A stretch of 64,000 bases of DNA from Leidyana gryllorum EB-2025a (Eukaryota; Protista; Apicomplexa): NCBI GenBank assembly GCA_048772705.1, contig JBLWGC010000043.1, positions 124,001 through 188,000 of the forward strand. The letters run 5' to 3'. Below are positions 23,101-35,899 of this stretch, piece after piece. The notes beneath the pieces are model-generated. The model made no database searches. It was given only the letters and a program-made list of their open reading frames with translations, and was not told the origin of the DNA. Position 1 is the first letter of the stretch, and each line of letters begins with the position of its first letter. Both the position numbers and the translations under genes were made by a program.

Positions 23101-23916
23101 ACTGAACCATGTGGACCCTGCAAGTACTTGCAGCGCTTCCTCTGGGGAAGCCAACGGGGCCGCTATTCGGACGGACGCTTGGTTCAACCGGCGATAGTCG
23201 CAGACCAGCCGTGGAACCGAAGTGTCCTTCTTCGGAACAAACAGGCAAGGCGATGCCCATGATGATGCACTCGGTAGAATCTTCCCGTTTCAGCAAGTCT
23301 AACACTTGGGCTTTCATCTCTCCGATGAACCGTTGCGGAATGCGGTAAGGTGCCCGTACACAGGGTTCGCATCTCGGGTCTTTCAGGACTATCTTGTGAT
23401 CTACCTCTGGTCGGCGTGGTGGGAAGGGTAAGCGGTCCACGAACAGATCCGGGTAGTCTCTCTTGATCCACTGGGCTCCGTCCGGTGCATCTATCAGGCA
23501 CTTGATTGCCATTAAGGTGGGTTCATGTTGCGTTGCATCCCCTCCCTTCCTATCTGTGGTACGGATTGATCCGGCGTCGGGTCGTAGGCGTGGCACTTTC
23601 AGGTGGCGGTCCTCCAAGATGCACAATTGTTCATCCGTTCCGGGGGTTAACTTGATGTTGAGCTGTGCTATCGACGTTGTAGACAATATGATGTCGTATG
23701 GCATTGTGGTGAGAATGAGGCAGTTGATGAGCGATCGTCTGCCGGATTCCGTCTCGAGTAAGATCGTCGTTTCTCCAAGCGTGGTCGTGCGCGTGTTCCC
23801 GGCTGTGGTGATAGTGGCGTCGTAATCCCCAGCTGCGTCGTGATCAAGGCCGTGATACAGATCGTATTGCTTCCTGTGTCTAGCAGGACGCAAGCGTCTA
23901 TCGTTTTTGGTGAGTC
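20119..23916 (-). mobile_element. Nested chromodomain Gypsy element, 5'-truncated (3' LTR 20119-20394)
   Basis: Protease remnant, RT YLDD, RNase H, integrase, chromodomain WYKVKWLGYPMEDANWEP, PPT AGGGAAGGG. Confidence 0.88.
22299..22492 (+). mobile_element. Solo LTR
   Basis: TGTA...TACA, TSD gtact. Confidence 0.88.
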
Positions 23917-24142
23917 TGTAAGGTACTACACCACCTCTTAAGCTATGTGAACCCTTTTTATTGTGCATGAACATGAGCAGCGTGTCTCCCAAGGGAGACA
24001 CCGGCATTACAAACACGTGCGATCTACAACGACGGTCGCCACCAAAAGGGATCTACAATGTCAGTCTTACCTAGGTCCCTTACCCAGAGAACCAAGACCA
24101 AGCTCGGCAAGGCACCGCCGGTGGACGAGCCACCAACTTACA
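23917..24142 (+). mobile_element. LTR with unmatched flanks
   Basis: TGTAAG...CTTACA; close inverted copy at 42083-42309; flanks gagtc/acatc. Confidence 0.82.
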
Positions 24143-24425
24143 ACATCATGGAAGCGATCACTGGTTGGCGTCACACGGACAATGGGCTGGAATACCAAGT
24201 GAAGTGGTCCGGATACAATGACAAAACTTGGGAGAAAGCCTGCACAGTACTGGAAGCTGAAGGTGCCGACTTAATACAGAAGTTCATGGAGTCGTGGAAC
24301 AGGCAGAACCCCCGCAATCCCTTCAACTTTGGAGAAGGGGGAGAGGTGTAATACTGAAGAAGACTAATGACACCGACTGGCCGAAGTCAGGCCGACAGGT
24401 AAGATAGTCAGAATGTGAGGCGGTG

Positions 24426-24638
24426 TGTGATGGCGGCGACTTTCCAAGTCCCGGAGTTGCATTTCGGTAAGTTAGTGGTAAGTTTCGGTAAGTCTGAGTG
24501 CGCACACGTGTGTGTCCGCGTCTCCTATTTTTGTTGTATTCATGTCATGTAATTAAACTTATGCTTAAATCTACTCTAACACTGATCTAACTAACTGTCG
24601 CTTCGGGGGAAGGCGTGAGTGGTGATGTCTCCGTTACA
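24426..24638 (-). mobile_element. LTR with unmatched flanks
   Basis: TGTAACGG...CCATCACA termini on the minus strand. Confidence 0.7.
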
Positions 24639-24660
24639 AGTGTCATTTAAGTACCTATGA

Positions 24661-25090
24661 AGTAGCAAACATGTGGCAAACAAGTGTGAAACAACTCGCA
24701 AACAAGTGTCAAGCATGTGGCAAACATGTCACAAACAGGTGCCAAACGAGTGCCAAACAAGTGGCAAACGAGCGTCAAACAAGCGTCAAACAAGTGTTGT
24801 GGCGAGCAACAAGTATCAAAGATGTCGCAAACATATCGCAAACAAGTGTCAAACGAGTGTCAAACAAGTGTGAAACATGTGGCAAACAAGTAGCAAACAA
24901 GTGGCAAACATGTGTGTAACACGTGGCAAACAAGTAGCAAACAAGTAGCAAAGAAGTATGAAAGATGTGGCAAAGAAGTGGCAAGCAAGTGTAAAGCATG
25001 TGGCACAAGCAAGCAAGTAGGAAACAAGTGTGAAACAGGTAGCAAACAAGTATCAAACATGTCGCAAACAAGTCTCGAACATGTTGCAAA
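24661..25090 (+). repeat. Degenerate 11-bp minisatellite (approx. CAAACAAGTGK)
   Basis: Roughly 39 units in phase; inverted array at 44053-44400. Confidence 0.9.
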
Positions 25091-25132
25091 GGGGTATTGA
25101 AGGCGCTGCAAAGAGATGTGTAACACAAGTAC

Positions 25133-28100
25133 ATCTGGTACAAGTTGCACACTGGTGACGAACTTTGCTTTTTTGAAAAATTTGAAACGGGTTAAGGATG
25201 ACGACATGAAAAATTCCGATGAATTTGTAACGAGATAAGGATGACGACATCAAAAAAATGTAATAAATTCCGCTTAGAGACACCCAATAACCTCAGTAGA
25301 CAAGAAAGACGGTAGGGGAGACTGAGAATGACTCAATTAGATGTTAGCTGGGGCGTCACTGGATGCTGGTTGGGGCAGGCAGCGAATGGGGGTCAGTTGG
25401 TTGGGATAAAAACTGCACAACGGGGAGGTGAGGCTCTGGTCGCAAAGTGGCGAAGCTCCTTGGGGGCTTTCTGGGATGTGTGGGGATGAGTTGCGGGAAC
25501 TTACTTGGTGTGGGAACGTGCCAGACCAGTCTGAGTGGCACGAGGTCACGTCTTGGGAACATCTGCGGGGAAGAAAGCGAGCGCGAGCGAGAAGAGGGCT
25601 TTTTGGATCTGAGAACAAAAATAACAGTACAAGTCCCACGTCTCGCACACCAAATCTTGGGAAAGGTGGCTCGTTTGGGCTGCTATCTGTTGCTTGCGAG
25701 CCGCACGAGAGCTAAATTAAGGAGTCTGACGACCCTTGCATCTCGATGGGAGGCTAGTTTGCTGTAGCGAACGAGCCAATTGAAGTTTGGGAAGTCTCAT
25801 TTTTGCAAAAATCAGGCCTTCTCGTGTCTCAGAGAGCTCGAGAGAGTCGCCTATCTCCTATTCTGGCGGTGAGATTTCGCCTAAAATCTGGCTGCCAACT
25901 AATCAGGCCACTACTATTCCTACGGTAAGCGAGAGAGCTAGTCTAGAGCTTCTAATCAAATTCCTATTTCATTAAAAGTCGTTTCTGGTACCCCCTAAGA
26001 ACCCCCAAAAAACCTACGGTAATGGTCGGGCACACCCTTGCGGGTTTCGCCGACCTGCACAACCTGCACAACTCTTACCTGGCTCGTCCACTCATGCAGT
26101 GGCGGGTGATTAAGTGTATCCTTACAATCTGGTACAAGTTGCACACTGGTGACGAACTCTGCTTTTTTGAAAAATTTGGTAAGGGGTTAAGGATGACGAC
26201 ATGAAAAATTCCGATGAATTAGTAACGGGTTAAGGATGACGACATGAAAAATTCCGATGAATTTGTAACGAGATAAGGATGACGACATCAAAAAACACCG
26301 ATAAACTTGTAACGAGATAAGGGTGACGACATCAAAAAAATGTAATAAATTTCGCTTAGAGCCACCCAATAACCTCAGTAGACGAGAAAGACGGTAGGGG
26401 AGACTGAGAATGATAGGGGAGACTGAGAATGACTCAATGAGATGTTAGCTGGGGCGTCACTGGATGCTGGTTGGGGCAGGTAGCGAATGGGGGTCAGTTG
26501 GCTGGGATAAAAAGTGCACAACGGGGAGGTGAGGCTCTGGTCGCAAAGTGGCGAAGCTCCTTGGGGGCTTTCTGGGATGTGTGGGGATGAGTTGCGGGAA
26601 CTTACTTGGTGTGGGAACGTGCCAGACCAGTCTGAGTGGCACGAGGTCACGTCTTGGGAACATCTGCGGGGAAGAAAGCGAGCGCGAGCGAGAAGAGGGC
26701 TTTTTGGATCTGAGAACAAAAATAACAGTACAAGTCCCACGTCTCGCACACCAAATCTTGGGAAAGGTGGCTCGTTTGGGCTGCTATCTGTTGCTTGCGA
26801 GCCGCACGAGAGCTAAATTAAGGAGTCTGACGACCCTTGCATCTCGATGGGAGGCTAGTTTGCTGTAGCGAACGAGCCAATTGAAGTTTGGGAAGTCTCA
26901 TTTTTGCAAAAATCAGGCCTTCTCGTGTCTCAGAGAGCTCGAGAGAGTCGCCTATCTCCTATTCTGGCGGTGAGATTTCGCCTAAAATCTGGCTGCCAAC
27001 TAATCAGGCCACTACTATTCCTACGGTAAGCGAGAGAGCTAGTCTAGAGCTTCTAATCAAATTCCTATTTCATTAAAAGTCGTTTCTGGTACCCCCTAAG
27101 AACCCCCAAAAAACCTACGGTAATGGTCGGGCACACCCTTGCGGGTTTCGCCGACCTGCACAACCTGCACAACTCTTACCTGGCTCGTCCACTCATGCAG
27201 TGGCGGGTGATTAAGTGTATCCTTACAATCTGGTACAAGTTGCACACTGGTGACGAACTCTGCTTTTTTGAAAAATTTGGTAAGGGGTTAAGGATGACGA
27301 CATGAAAAATTCCGATGAATTAGTAACGGGTTAAGGATGACGACATGAAAAATTCCGATGAATTTGTAACGAGATAAGGATGACGACATCAAAAAACACC
27401 GATAAACTTGTAACGAGATAAGGGTGACGACATCAAAAAAATGTAATAAATTTCGCTTAGAGCCACCCAATAACCTCAGTAGACGAGAAAGACGGTAGGG
27501 GAGACTGAGAATGATAGGGGAGACTGAGAATGACTCAATGAGATGTTAGCTGGGGCGTCACTGGATGCTGGTTGGGGCAGGTAGCGAATGGGGGTCAGTT
27601 GGCTGGGATAAAAAGTGCACAACGGGGAGGTGAGGCTCTGGTCGCAAAGTGGCGAAGCTCCTTGGGGGCTTTCTGGGATGTGTGGGGATGAGTTGCGGGA
27701 ACTTACTTGGTGTGGGAACGTGCCAGACCAGTCTGAGTGGCACGAGGTCACGTCTTGGGAACATCTGCGGGGAAGAAAGCGAGCGCGAGCGAGAAGAGGG
27801 CTTTTTGGATCTGAGAACAAAAATAACAGTACAAGTCCCACGTCTCGCACACCAAATCTTGGGAAAGGTGGCTCGTTTGGGCTGCTATCTGTTGCTTGCG
27901 AGCCGCACGAGAGCTAAATTAAGGAGTCTGACGACCCTTGCATCTCGATGGGAGGCTAGTTTGCTGTAGCGAACGAGCCAATTGAAGTTTGGGAAGTCTC
28001 ATTTTTGCAAAAATCAGGCCTTCTCGTGTCTCAGAGAGCTCGAGAGAGTCGCCTATCTCCTATTCTGGCGGTGAGATTTCGCCTAAAATCTGGCTGCCAA

Positions 28101-28265
28101 CTAATCAGGCCACTACTATTCCTACGGTAAGCGAGAGAGCTAGTCTAGAGCTTCTAATCAAATTCCTATTTCATTAAAAGTCGTTTCTGGTACCCCCTAA
28201 GAACCCCCAAAAAACCTATGGTAATGGTCGGGCACACCCTTGCGGGTTTCGCCGACCTGCACAAC
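25133..28265 (+). repeat. Tandem repeat, 1101-bp period, about 3 units
   Basis: Units start at 25133, 26127, 27228; ORF track recurs at +1101; internal 43-44 bp subrepeats. Confidence 0.95.
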
Positions 28266-28696
28266 AGGGCACCTACCTGTGGCTGATAAAATGGAGAGGT
28301 TACCCGGACTCGGAGAACACCTGGGAACCGTTGTCCGTAATCCGAGAAGGCGACGCGGTGGACCTCGTACTGAGGGAGTATAATGCGAGACCGAGCACTA
28401 AGGTACCCTACACCGCGGAACAACTCGAAGCACGAGACTTAGATCTCGGGCCGGGAGGAGTGTAAGGGGTTACACAATTATCAGCGGCCGGCCAGAGCCG
28501 GTCCGCCATTTGTCTGTGTCTCGGTGCCCGGCCGGCACCGGCACGAGACGGAGACGGGATCAGACAGACACGCGTGTGCTTACGTTTTTGAGTTACTTGA
28601 CAACGGAGATGAACGATCAACCAGGATTAGTCCTACGAAATGGAAAGCAGATTAGCCTAGTAGATCCAGCTACAGACTTACCCCCACCGGGTTATA
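28266..28696 (+). mobile_element. Gypsy 3' end: chromodomain, PPT, LTR (28461-28696)
   Basis: YLWLIKWRGYPDSENTWEP; GGGAGGAG then TGTAAGGGG...GGTTATA; homolog at 35211-35558. Confidence 0.82.
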
Positions 28697-28794
28697 AGTA
28701 CAGATATAGGCGCACAGACAAAAACACACACTCAGACGGGACGACACGACGGACTTACGGAACCGTCGTATCCCTACCGTTAACGCTAATTACA

Positions 28795-29448
28795 CTGCAC
28801 AACGGGGAGGTGAGGCTCTGGTCGCAAAGTGGCGAAGCTCCTTGGGGGCTTTCTGGGATGTGTGGGGATGAGTTGTGGGAACTTACTTGGTGTGGGAACG
28901 TGCCAGACCAGTCTGAGTGGCACGAGGTCACGTCTTGGGAACATCTGGGGGGGGAAGAAAGCGAGCGCGAGCGAGAAGAGGGCTTTTTGGATCTGAGAAC
29001 AAAAATAACAGTCCAAGTCCCACGTCTCGCACACCAAATCTTGGGAAAAGTGGCTCGTTTGGGCTGCTATCTGTTGCTTGCGAGCCGCACGAGAGCTAAA
29101 TTAAGGAGTCTGACGACCCTTACATCTCGATGGGAGGCTAGTTTGCTGTAGCGAACGAGCCAATTGAAGTTTGGGAAGTCTCATTTTTGCAAAAATCAGG
29201 CCTTCTCGTGTCTCAGAGAGCTCGAGAGAGTCGCCTATCTCCTATTCTAGCGGTGAGATTTCGCCTAAAATCTGGCTGCTAACTAATCAGGCCACTACTA
29301 TTCCTAAGGTAAGCGAGAGAGCTAGTCTAGAGCTCCTAATCAAATTCCTATTTCACTAAAAGTCGTTTCTGGTACCCCCTAAGAACCCCCAAAAAACCTA
29401 CGGTAATGGTCGGGCTCACCCTTGCGGGTTTCGCCGACCTGCACAACC
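28795..29448 (+). repeat. Partial fourth copy of the 1101-bp unit
   Basis: Aligns to the 3' ~650 bp of the unit with scattered changes. Confidence 0.9.
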
Positions 29449-29456
29449 AGAATGGC

Positions 29457-29836
29457 TGTTAATACCAGATCCGGAACCAGATCTATCTTACCTAAGAAAC
29501 TTACCAAAAGAGCTAAACAGAGCAGCCACCCAGATCAGGAACTTGAGCCCGACACTTACACGTCCGTTACGTAAGATCATTGCTGCGGTGGAGGTAAGCT
29601 CGGGAGTCGGATCGGTCATTCGGAGATCAGTTGTTCAAAAAAGTAAGTTCAAGCACGCGCGTGTGTTCGTGTCTCCGAGTGCCGGCCGGCCTCCGGAGAC
29701 ACAGACACCCCGAAGGTGGACTAACCGAGGTTAGGCACCGTCATTTGTCCCACCCGTCGGGTGACCCATTGTCGGATCGAGAAGTGTAGGTCGGGTCCAG
29801 CAGTGGGGGAAGCTCGGGTAACACTCCAGTGTTACA
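29457..29836 (-). mobile_element. LTR with unmatched flanks
   Basis: TGTAAC...TAACA, GTGTCTC-CCGGCCGG-GAGACAC module, MILRNGR peptide. Confidence 0.7.
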
Positions 29837-30352
29837 GGGACCATCAGAGTACCACCGGACGCGGAACTCAAATGAACCATCATCGCGCCCAACCATGACA
29901 CGAAGTTCGCAGGACACCTAGGACCGGAGAAGACCGCAGCCCGAATCAGAGCTATTTTCAACTGGCGAGGGCTATTTGCCGACACGGTACAATACTGTCT
30001 CCACTGCGACACATGCCAGCGTGCCGAACGGCGCAACCACCCTCCAGCCGGTCTCTTGAACCCCATAAAGGGCCCAGTATTCCCCTGGGAAAAGTGGGAA
30101 TAGACTTCCTTGAGCTACCCAGAGATCCGGATACCGCCAACGATTATGTGATGGTGGTAGTGGACCGACTCACCAGAAGAATACGCCTCGTGGCGTGCAA
30201 CAAGGCGTTCACGGCGGCCGGCGCAGCCACGCTGTTCATCGACAACATAGTGAAGATCCTTGGAGTACCACACAGAATCCTAAGCGACCGCGATCCCCGC
30301 TTTACCTCACAACTGTGGACAGAAACGATGACCCAATTGGGATGCGAACTCA
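29837..30352 (+). mobile_element. Gypsy integrase fragment
   Basis: GIDFLELP...VVDRLTRR...SDRDPRFTS. Confidence 0.85.
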
Positions 30353-33300
30353 TGTAGTGGACGGGCTCGCCCGTCGTGGGTAGCACTGCGCGGCCGCTGC
30401 GTGTAGTAATCGCCATTCGGTTCGCTCGTCGCGTGCCGTCTCTCTCTCTGTTTGTTCACTGTGTCATGTTACGTGTCTCGGAAAACCTAAGTGTGTCTGT
30501 GTAGCTACTTTCGCTGAGTCTAGTCGGGGTCGTGTAATCCTATTACACTCCTTTCCCGCCTATAGTTCCTGTGTCGGTGAATGAGCATCGTGGGTTCTGC
30601 CTGTTCCATTGTTCCCTGAATTTTTCCACTAAGTCCGTTGCGTCCGCTTCCCGTAGTTTTGAAGATGGTTCCCACGTGTGGTCCGTATATTCGGCCCACT
30701 TCACCAGGTATTCGACTCCTGTGGGCGATTGTCGCCATCCGACCACCTCTTGCATGATGTAGTAATTCTCCGATTGTTCTGACGGGGGGTTTTGCCCTTC
30801 TCTTGCTCTGTAGGGTTCAAGGCGGCTGACGTGGAAGTTCGGTAAGATGCCCCAGCTTTCGGGTAGATCTATGAGGTAAGTGTCAGCCCTTGTTGTTCTC
30901 ACCCGCAGTATGTGGGCAACAGCTTGCCTTTGGCAACGTGAGCCAGGTTTCGAGTGTCCAGCAGTACTAGTTGGCCTTCGTGTAGTGTTTGCGATTGCCG
31001 TCTTTTATCGGCGTTCTTCTTCTGCAATTCTGACGTGTGTCTCAGTCTGTCGCTGGCTTCTTGGAGTCTCTGCAGGTAGGTCCGTCGGCATGCAAGAAGT
31101 TCGTGCGGCCGGTGTCCAGCTCCAGTGGCGTCGCTTGAGTGGAGGTCTGAACAGCGCTATTGTACGCCATTTCGGTCGGCGTTATGTGGCTCATCCACTT
31201 CCCTCCGTGAGCCTCCAGTGTGGCCCGCTCGACCAAGCCGTTTGTCTGAGGATGTCGTGTAAGCCGCCTTCTCGGCTGTTGGGGCTGAGCTCATGGACGG
31301 CTGTTGTTGTTCGTGGTTCATTGTGCAGGTCAGTCACTCAAAAAACTAATACTAAAACACGTGCGTGTTTGTACTCTCTGTGTCTCCGTCTCCGGGTCCA
31401 CGTGCCGGCCGGTCTCCGGGTCGCCGGTGATAGATGTTCACCTTACATGTCGTGCGGTTGACATTGGGAGATTGACTCCTAGGGTAGTCATCATGGATCT
31501 CCACATGGCTGACGTGAATCGAACGGCGCGGTACACCGTGAATCCGCGGCCCCTTCCGCGGATATGTTCTTTCTGCAAGGGATGAGTCTTACGCGGCGCG
31601 TGAGCCTGTCCACAACCACCATGATATAGTCGTCGCCCGTTTATGTATCCGGTTGCAGCTCGAGAAAGTCGAGTCCGATCTCCATCCATGGCCGTGAGGG
31701 ATTGTTGAGTGGACGGAGCAGCCCATAAGGTTTATGGTTGCGCCTTTTCGCCTTTTGGCAGGTGTGGCAGCTGCTGCAGTAGGCTATGACGTCGGCCATT
31801 AGACCTCGCCAATGAAAGAGCGGCCTAATCCTCGCAGCTGTTCCTCGCAGCTGTTTTGTCGGCGTCGAGGTGGCCTGCCAGTGCGCTATCGTGATTCTCG
31901 TAGATGATGTCGCGAATCAGTTGGCGATCGTTGGGAACTTCTATAGTACCCTCCGTTGTGATCGGTAGCCCTTCGACCCACTGTACCTCGTTACCTGCCT
32001 CTTCTCTGTGGGTGTTCCAGTATCCGATGTTCTCGGTTTGGGTCGGTAGTTCATCCTCTCCGTCCTCTCTCTCTGCGCGCGTTGTCGTCTCCTGGATTTT
32101 GATTGGTGTCTGCGGTAACGTGTTCACTTGGTGATGCTGTGATGGGCGTGATCGACTGAGTAAATCAGCCAAGACGTTCTGAGTTCCCGGGATATATTCG
32201 ATCGTTAGGTCGAGTTCTGTCAGAGAGATCAACCAACGGACCTCCCGGTCCGATAGGTGGGGTTGTCTGAGCAGAAAGGTGAGCGGCTTGTGGTCGGTCT
32301 TAACCCGCACCCGTCGACCGATCACCAGTGGCGACAGGCGGTGACGATTGCCAGCAGCTCACGATCGTGTGTTGCGTACCGACTCTGCGCTGCGGAAAGT
32401 GTTAAAGACACGAACTCGATTGGTGACACCTCGCCGTCTACCATCTGCTCCAACACTGCTCCGACCGCCGTGAGACTGGCGTCGGCAGTGATGATTAATT
32501 CGGTGGCACGTGGATCCGGCTATTGCAATCTCGGAGCCTGTCGAAGTGCTTGTTTCAGGTCCTCGAAGGCGGTTCGCGCCGTGCTGTCATCCTCGACGGT
32601 GTCGTTTGGCCGCGTCAGCGAGTGCGTCAGCTGGTACAATGGATTGGCTCGTCTTGCGAAGTCTTTGACGAATCGGCGGTAATAATTTAGGACGCCCATG
32701 ACTCTCTGTAGGTCTTTCAGCTTCTTCGGGTACACTAGGCCGTCCAATGCGTCCAGCTTGCTGCGTAGTGGCCTGATTCCTCCTGCTTCGATTCGGTGGC
32801 CCACATAGTCGATGCTATTTTTGAAAAAGTGTGATTTGCGTTTGTGGATCACTAAGTGGTGCTGTTGCAGTCGTTGTAGGGCCATTCGCAGGTGCTCTCG
32901 ATGTTCTTCTTCCGTCTTCGAGAAAATCAGTACGTCATCCAAGTAGACGAAGATACATATCCCTATCAGGTCTTGGAATACATCGTTCACGAGGCGCATA
33001 AAGGTTGCCGGGGCATTGGTGAGCCCGTTAGGCATTACCTTTCACCCGTAGAGGCCCCAGGGCGTCGCGAACGCCGTCAGGTAACGTGACTCGGGTGCGA
33101 CTCTCACCTGGTAATACCCTGATTTTAGGTCCAGTGTCGAAAACCGTTGAGCTGCCGCCAAGCACAAGGTGGCGTCCTCAATCGACGGGAGCGGTGAGGC
33201 GGTTCTCACCGTGGCTTGATTGAGCCGTCTGTAGTGGCAGACCAATCGCGGTGTTGTTGTTTCTTTCTTCGGCACAAACATAGCTGGCGATGCCCAGCTA

Positions 33301-34274
33301 GACTTGCTTGGTTCGATCTGACCGTTCTCAATCAATTCTGTGAGTTGTCTGTGCATCTCGCTGCTATAGTGTTGGGGCACTCTATATGGACGGCTGACGA
33401 ATAGCTTCGTTCCTTCTGTAAGATCTATGGTGTGGTCTATGCCCGCGTTCTGGAGGGGTTGGTATCGATCTGGCATTAGATCCCTAAAATCGTTCAGTAT
33501 CCCTGCCTCTGCCTCGGGAATGTCAATGGCGTGCTCCTCTGGTCAAGTCGGTGAGGTGGTTGCTTCTCCTCCCCTCCGCGCCTCTGTGTTCAGTACCTCC
33601 CTTTCCCCTCCCCCTCGTACTCCCGATGTGTTTCTATGACAACGGATTGTCGCGTTCTCTATCATCTCCAGTCTATGTCCGTCTCGGGTGCCGATGCCGA
33701 GTCGGAGTCGCGCAATCGATTGGGTAGGGAGAATGATACCGTGTGGGAGTGGCTCGAATACCGCTGCTTCCAGCAGAGTATGTTGATCTTTCGCTGTATG
33801 GATGATCACCCGTACCGTGTCGTGTTGGTGCGACGCATGAGCCGATCTTATTGTTGTTTTGTGGCCTGTAGGCTCGAGGTGTAATCTGGGCGCTATCGTC
33901 CGCCGGATGCAGCCGATCGTGGCGCCCGTATCCACTAGGACTTCCACTGGGATTCTCCTTGTCGTTTCATCTGCGCGACTGATGGTCCATGTTGGGTGAG
34001 TACTGGCGCTTATGGTTCGTATCCTCCTGCGGGGAGTCGCCACCTGCCCCGAGGGTGGGAGAAAATCCCGGTCCTCGACCGTGAATACGCACCGTCGGTA
34101 AGTGCCTTGGTTCCGGTCCACTCGTGGAGCCTTTGCTCTGCGGTCGTCGCGAGGGTATTTGCATCTCCAGGCCGGGTGGTCGTCCATTCCACAGTTGAAA
34201 CAGCGTTTCTCCTGAATGCATTGCTCGTAGGGGTATTTGCACCGTCTCCCGACCCGCCCGGAGCTTGTCGAGAT
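30353..34274 (-). mobile_element. Decayed chromodomain Gypsy element (3' LTR 30353-30547)
   Basis: Gag CCHC, LVDTGA, YLDD, RNase H, integrase, chromodomain YLVKWAEYTDHTWEP, PPT GGCGGGAAAGGAG. Confidence 0.88.
31258..31447. mobile_element. Solo LTR
   Basis: TGTAAG...CTTACA, TSD tgtcg. Confidence 0.88.
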
Positions 34275-34876
34275 TGTTGTAACCCCAAGTCGCTACTCAA
34301 GGGGAACGAGGCCCAGTTCTCATCTCTGCATACTTTCGACCACAACTCAGACTTAGAACCAAGTTAGTATTTTTGCCGACAAGTCTACCACGAATATGTC
34401 GCACACGACGGCGCAAAACAAGAACTACGACTTGTTGTACCAAGTGCAAAAGTTATCTTAGGCCGCCTCTTGCCTAGTCCAACTCTGACTTAGTCAACTT
34501 TGCTTGCGTGTGTCTCTCACTCTGGTGTCTCTCTCACTCCACCCATGTGCCAGTCGCTCGCACTCTTGCGGAGCCTCGCGCTGGACCCACACCGTAGTTC
34601 TCCCCCACACCACACTCTGACCATTCATGCGAGTGTCTGCACAGTTACACTGTCACAGAGAGTTCAGACCACTAGGGTGCATTAGCCTTTACGCTTTAGT
34701 AGTAGTTGCTTTACGTTCGTTAATAATGCCTTTTCACCATCTTATACATGCCCCTATATAAGTGCCAAATATGTAGGGAAGTATCCAGACGGATGTTAAT
34801 TCGATTGGAAATTTCACCAAGTCGAATTTGGCAACCCGATAGGAAGTTGACCATCAGGCAAACACGAACTACAACA
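34275..34876 (-). mobile_element. LTR (~600 bp), inverted copy of 1895-2591, unmatched flanks
   Basis: TGTTGT...ACAACA; flanks gagat/tccgt. Confidence 0.82.
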
Positions 34877-35558
34877 TCCGTGTTGACTGCGTTCGCCCAC
34901 GACGACGCTCCCCCCCTGAAGGTCCCACAGGCCACCGCTGTCCAATGCCTGACTGGGAGGCCTGCGTTCCTGAAACACTTCTCGAGTGTGTCGAGGTGAA
35001 CAAGTGGTTCTGAATTGCCATCATAGGGCCCCGCCACCTGAAGGGTCGTGCGTATCCATCCCATAAGACGTAAGCCTGTCTCCGTCGGCTCCAGTGGTTC
35101 ACTAGCCAGGTCGGTTTGCTTGTGAGTGTTCTGCGGCCTGGCGCCTTCGTCCAAATCCGTTGCCGTTTCTGGTTCCTTGCCAAGTGCTGGTTAGGACGCA
35201 CTGCTACCAGTATAACCCCGTGGGGTAAGTCTGTTGCTGGATCTACTGGGCGAATCTGCTTTCCATTTCGAAGGAGGACATCCCGTCCGGGGTCGATTAG
35301 TAAGCGACTGTCCCGGAGAGTGGCCATGCCTATGAGTGTGCGTTGCTGCGGCTGGGCGACGCAGTAGAAGCTCGTTGGGATGGTGACCCGGCTAGGGTGA
35401 CGTCCACAGCCGATGCTGATCCCAACCCCAAAGGTAAGCACACGCGTGTCTGTCTGATCCCGTCTCCGTCTTGTGCCTGGTGCCGACCGGGCACGGAGAC
35501 ACAGACAAATGACGGACCGGCGGGGGCCGGCCGCTGATAATTGTGTAAACCCCTTACA
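34877..35558 (-). mobile_element. Gypsy 5' end: LTR (35211-35558), PBS (35199-35209), gag start
   Basis: PBS TGGTAGCAGTG; gag-like VACGTFRGGASSW. Confidence 0.8.
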
Positions 35559-35899
35559 CCAGGCGAGGACCAAGTAGCAGCACAGCTGCAAGACAAGGCC
35601 AAGTACAAGGATAGACCAGGCGTGCGTACAGGTTCGGGGGACCCACGTCTGCCCGCTCATCGTTCAGGACTGCTGGATTCTAGTCGCCACGACCCACCAC
35701 GGAGCAGTGATTAGAGACGCCCCGTATCGAGACTACGACGCCCGTTGAGTATGTGGTGATCTATTAGGGTTAGCTAGATGGTTTAGATGTTAAGCCCCAG
35801 TCATCACCCCAATTAAGCATAGTTAGGCAGCATTTATTTTTTATCTCCGTGAATTGAATTGAACAATGGTCAAAAAACGGAACTAACAACCAGTGATAC

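Larger units (their letters stand above)
15680..24425 (+). mobile_element. Decayed chromodomain Gypsy element with both LTRs (5' 15680-15893; 3' 24347-24425 truncated), hosting nested insertions
   Basis: Shared TGTAATACTGAAGAAGACT LTR start, PBS TGGTAGCAGTG at 15895, gag, LIDTGA, YLDD, integrase, chromodomain VKWSGYNDKTWE, PPT 24331-24346. Confidence 0.85.

Noticed and set aside
24647-25207. Cys-rich ORFs over the 11-bp minisatellite (also 44139-44417)
   Set aside because: Translation artefacts of a stop-poor repeat, open in several frames.
26071-26125. U1 snRNA-like CTTACCTGG in the 1101-bp repeat junction
   Set aside because: No convincing U1-70K loop, U1A loop or Sm site at the expected positions.
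26188-26340. 43-44 bp repeats as a CRISPR array
   Set aside because: No unique spacers, no cas genes, eukaryotic context.
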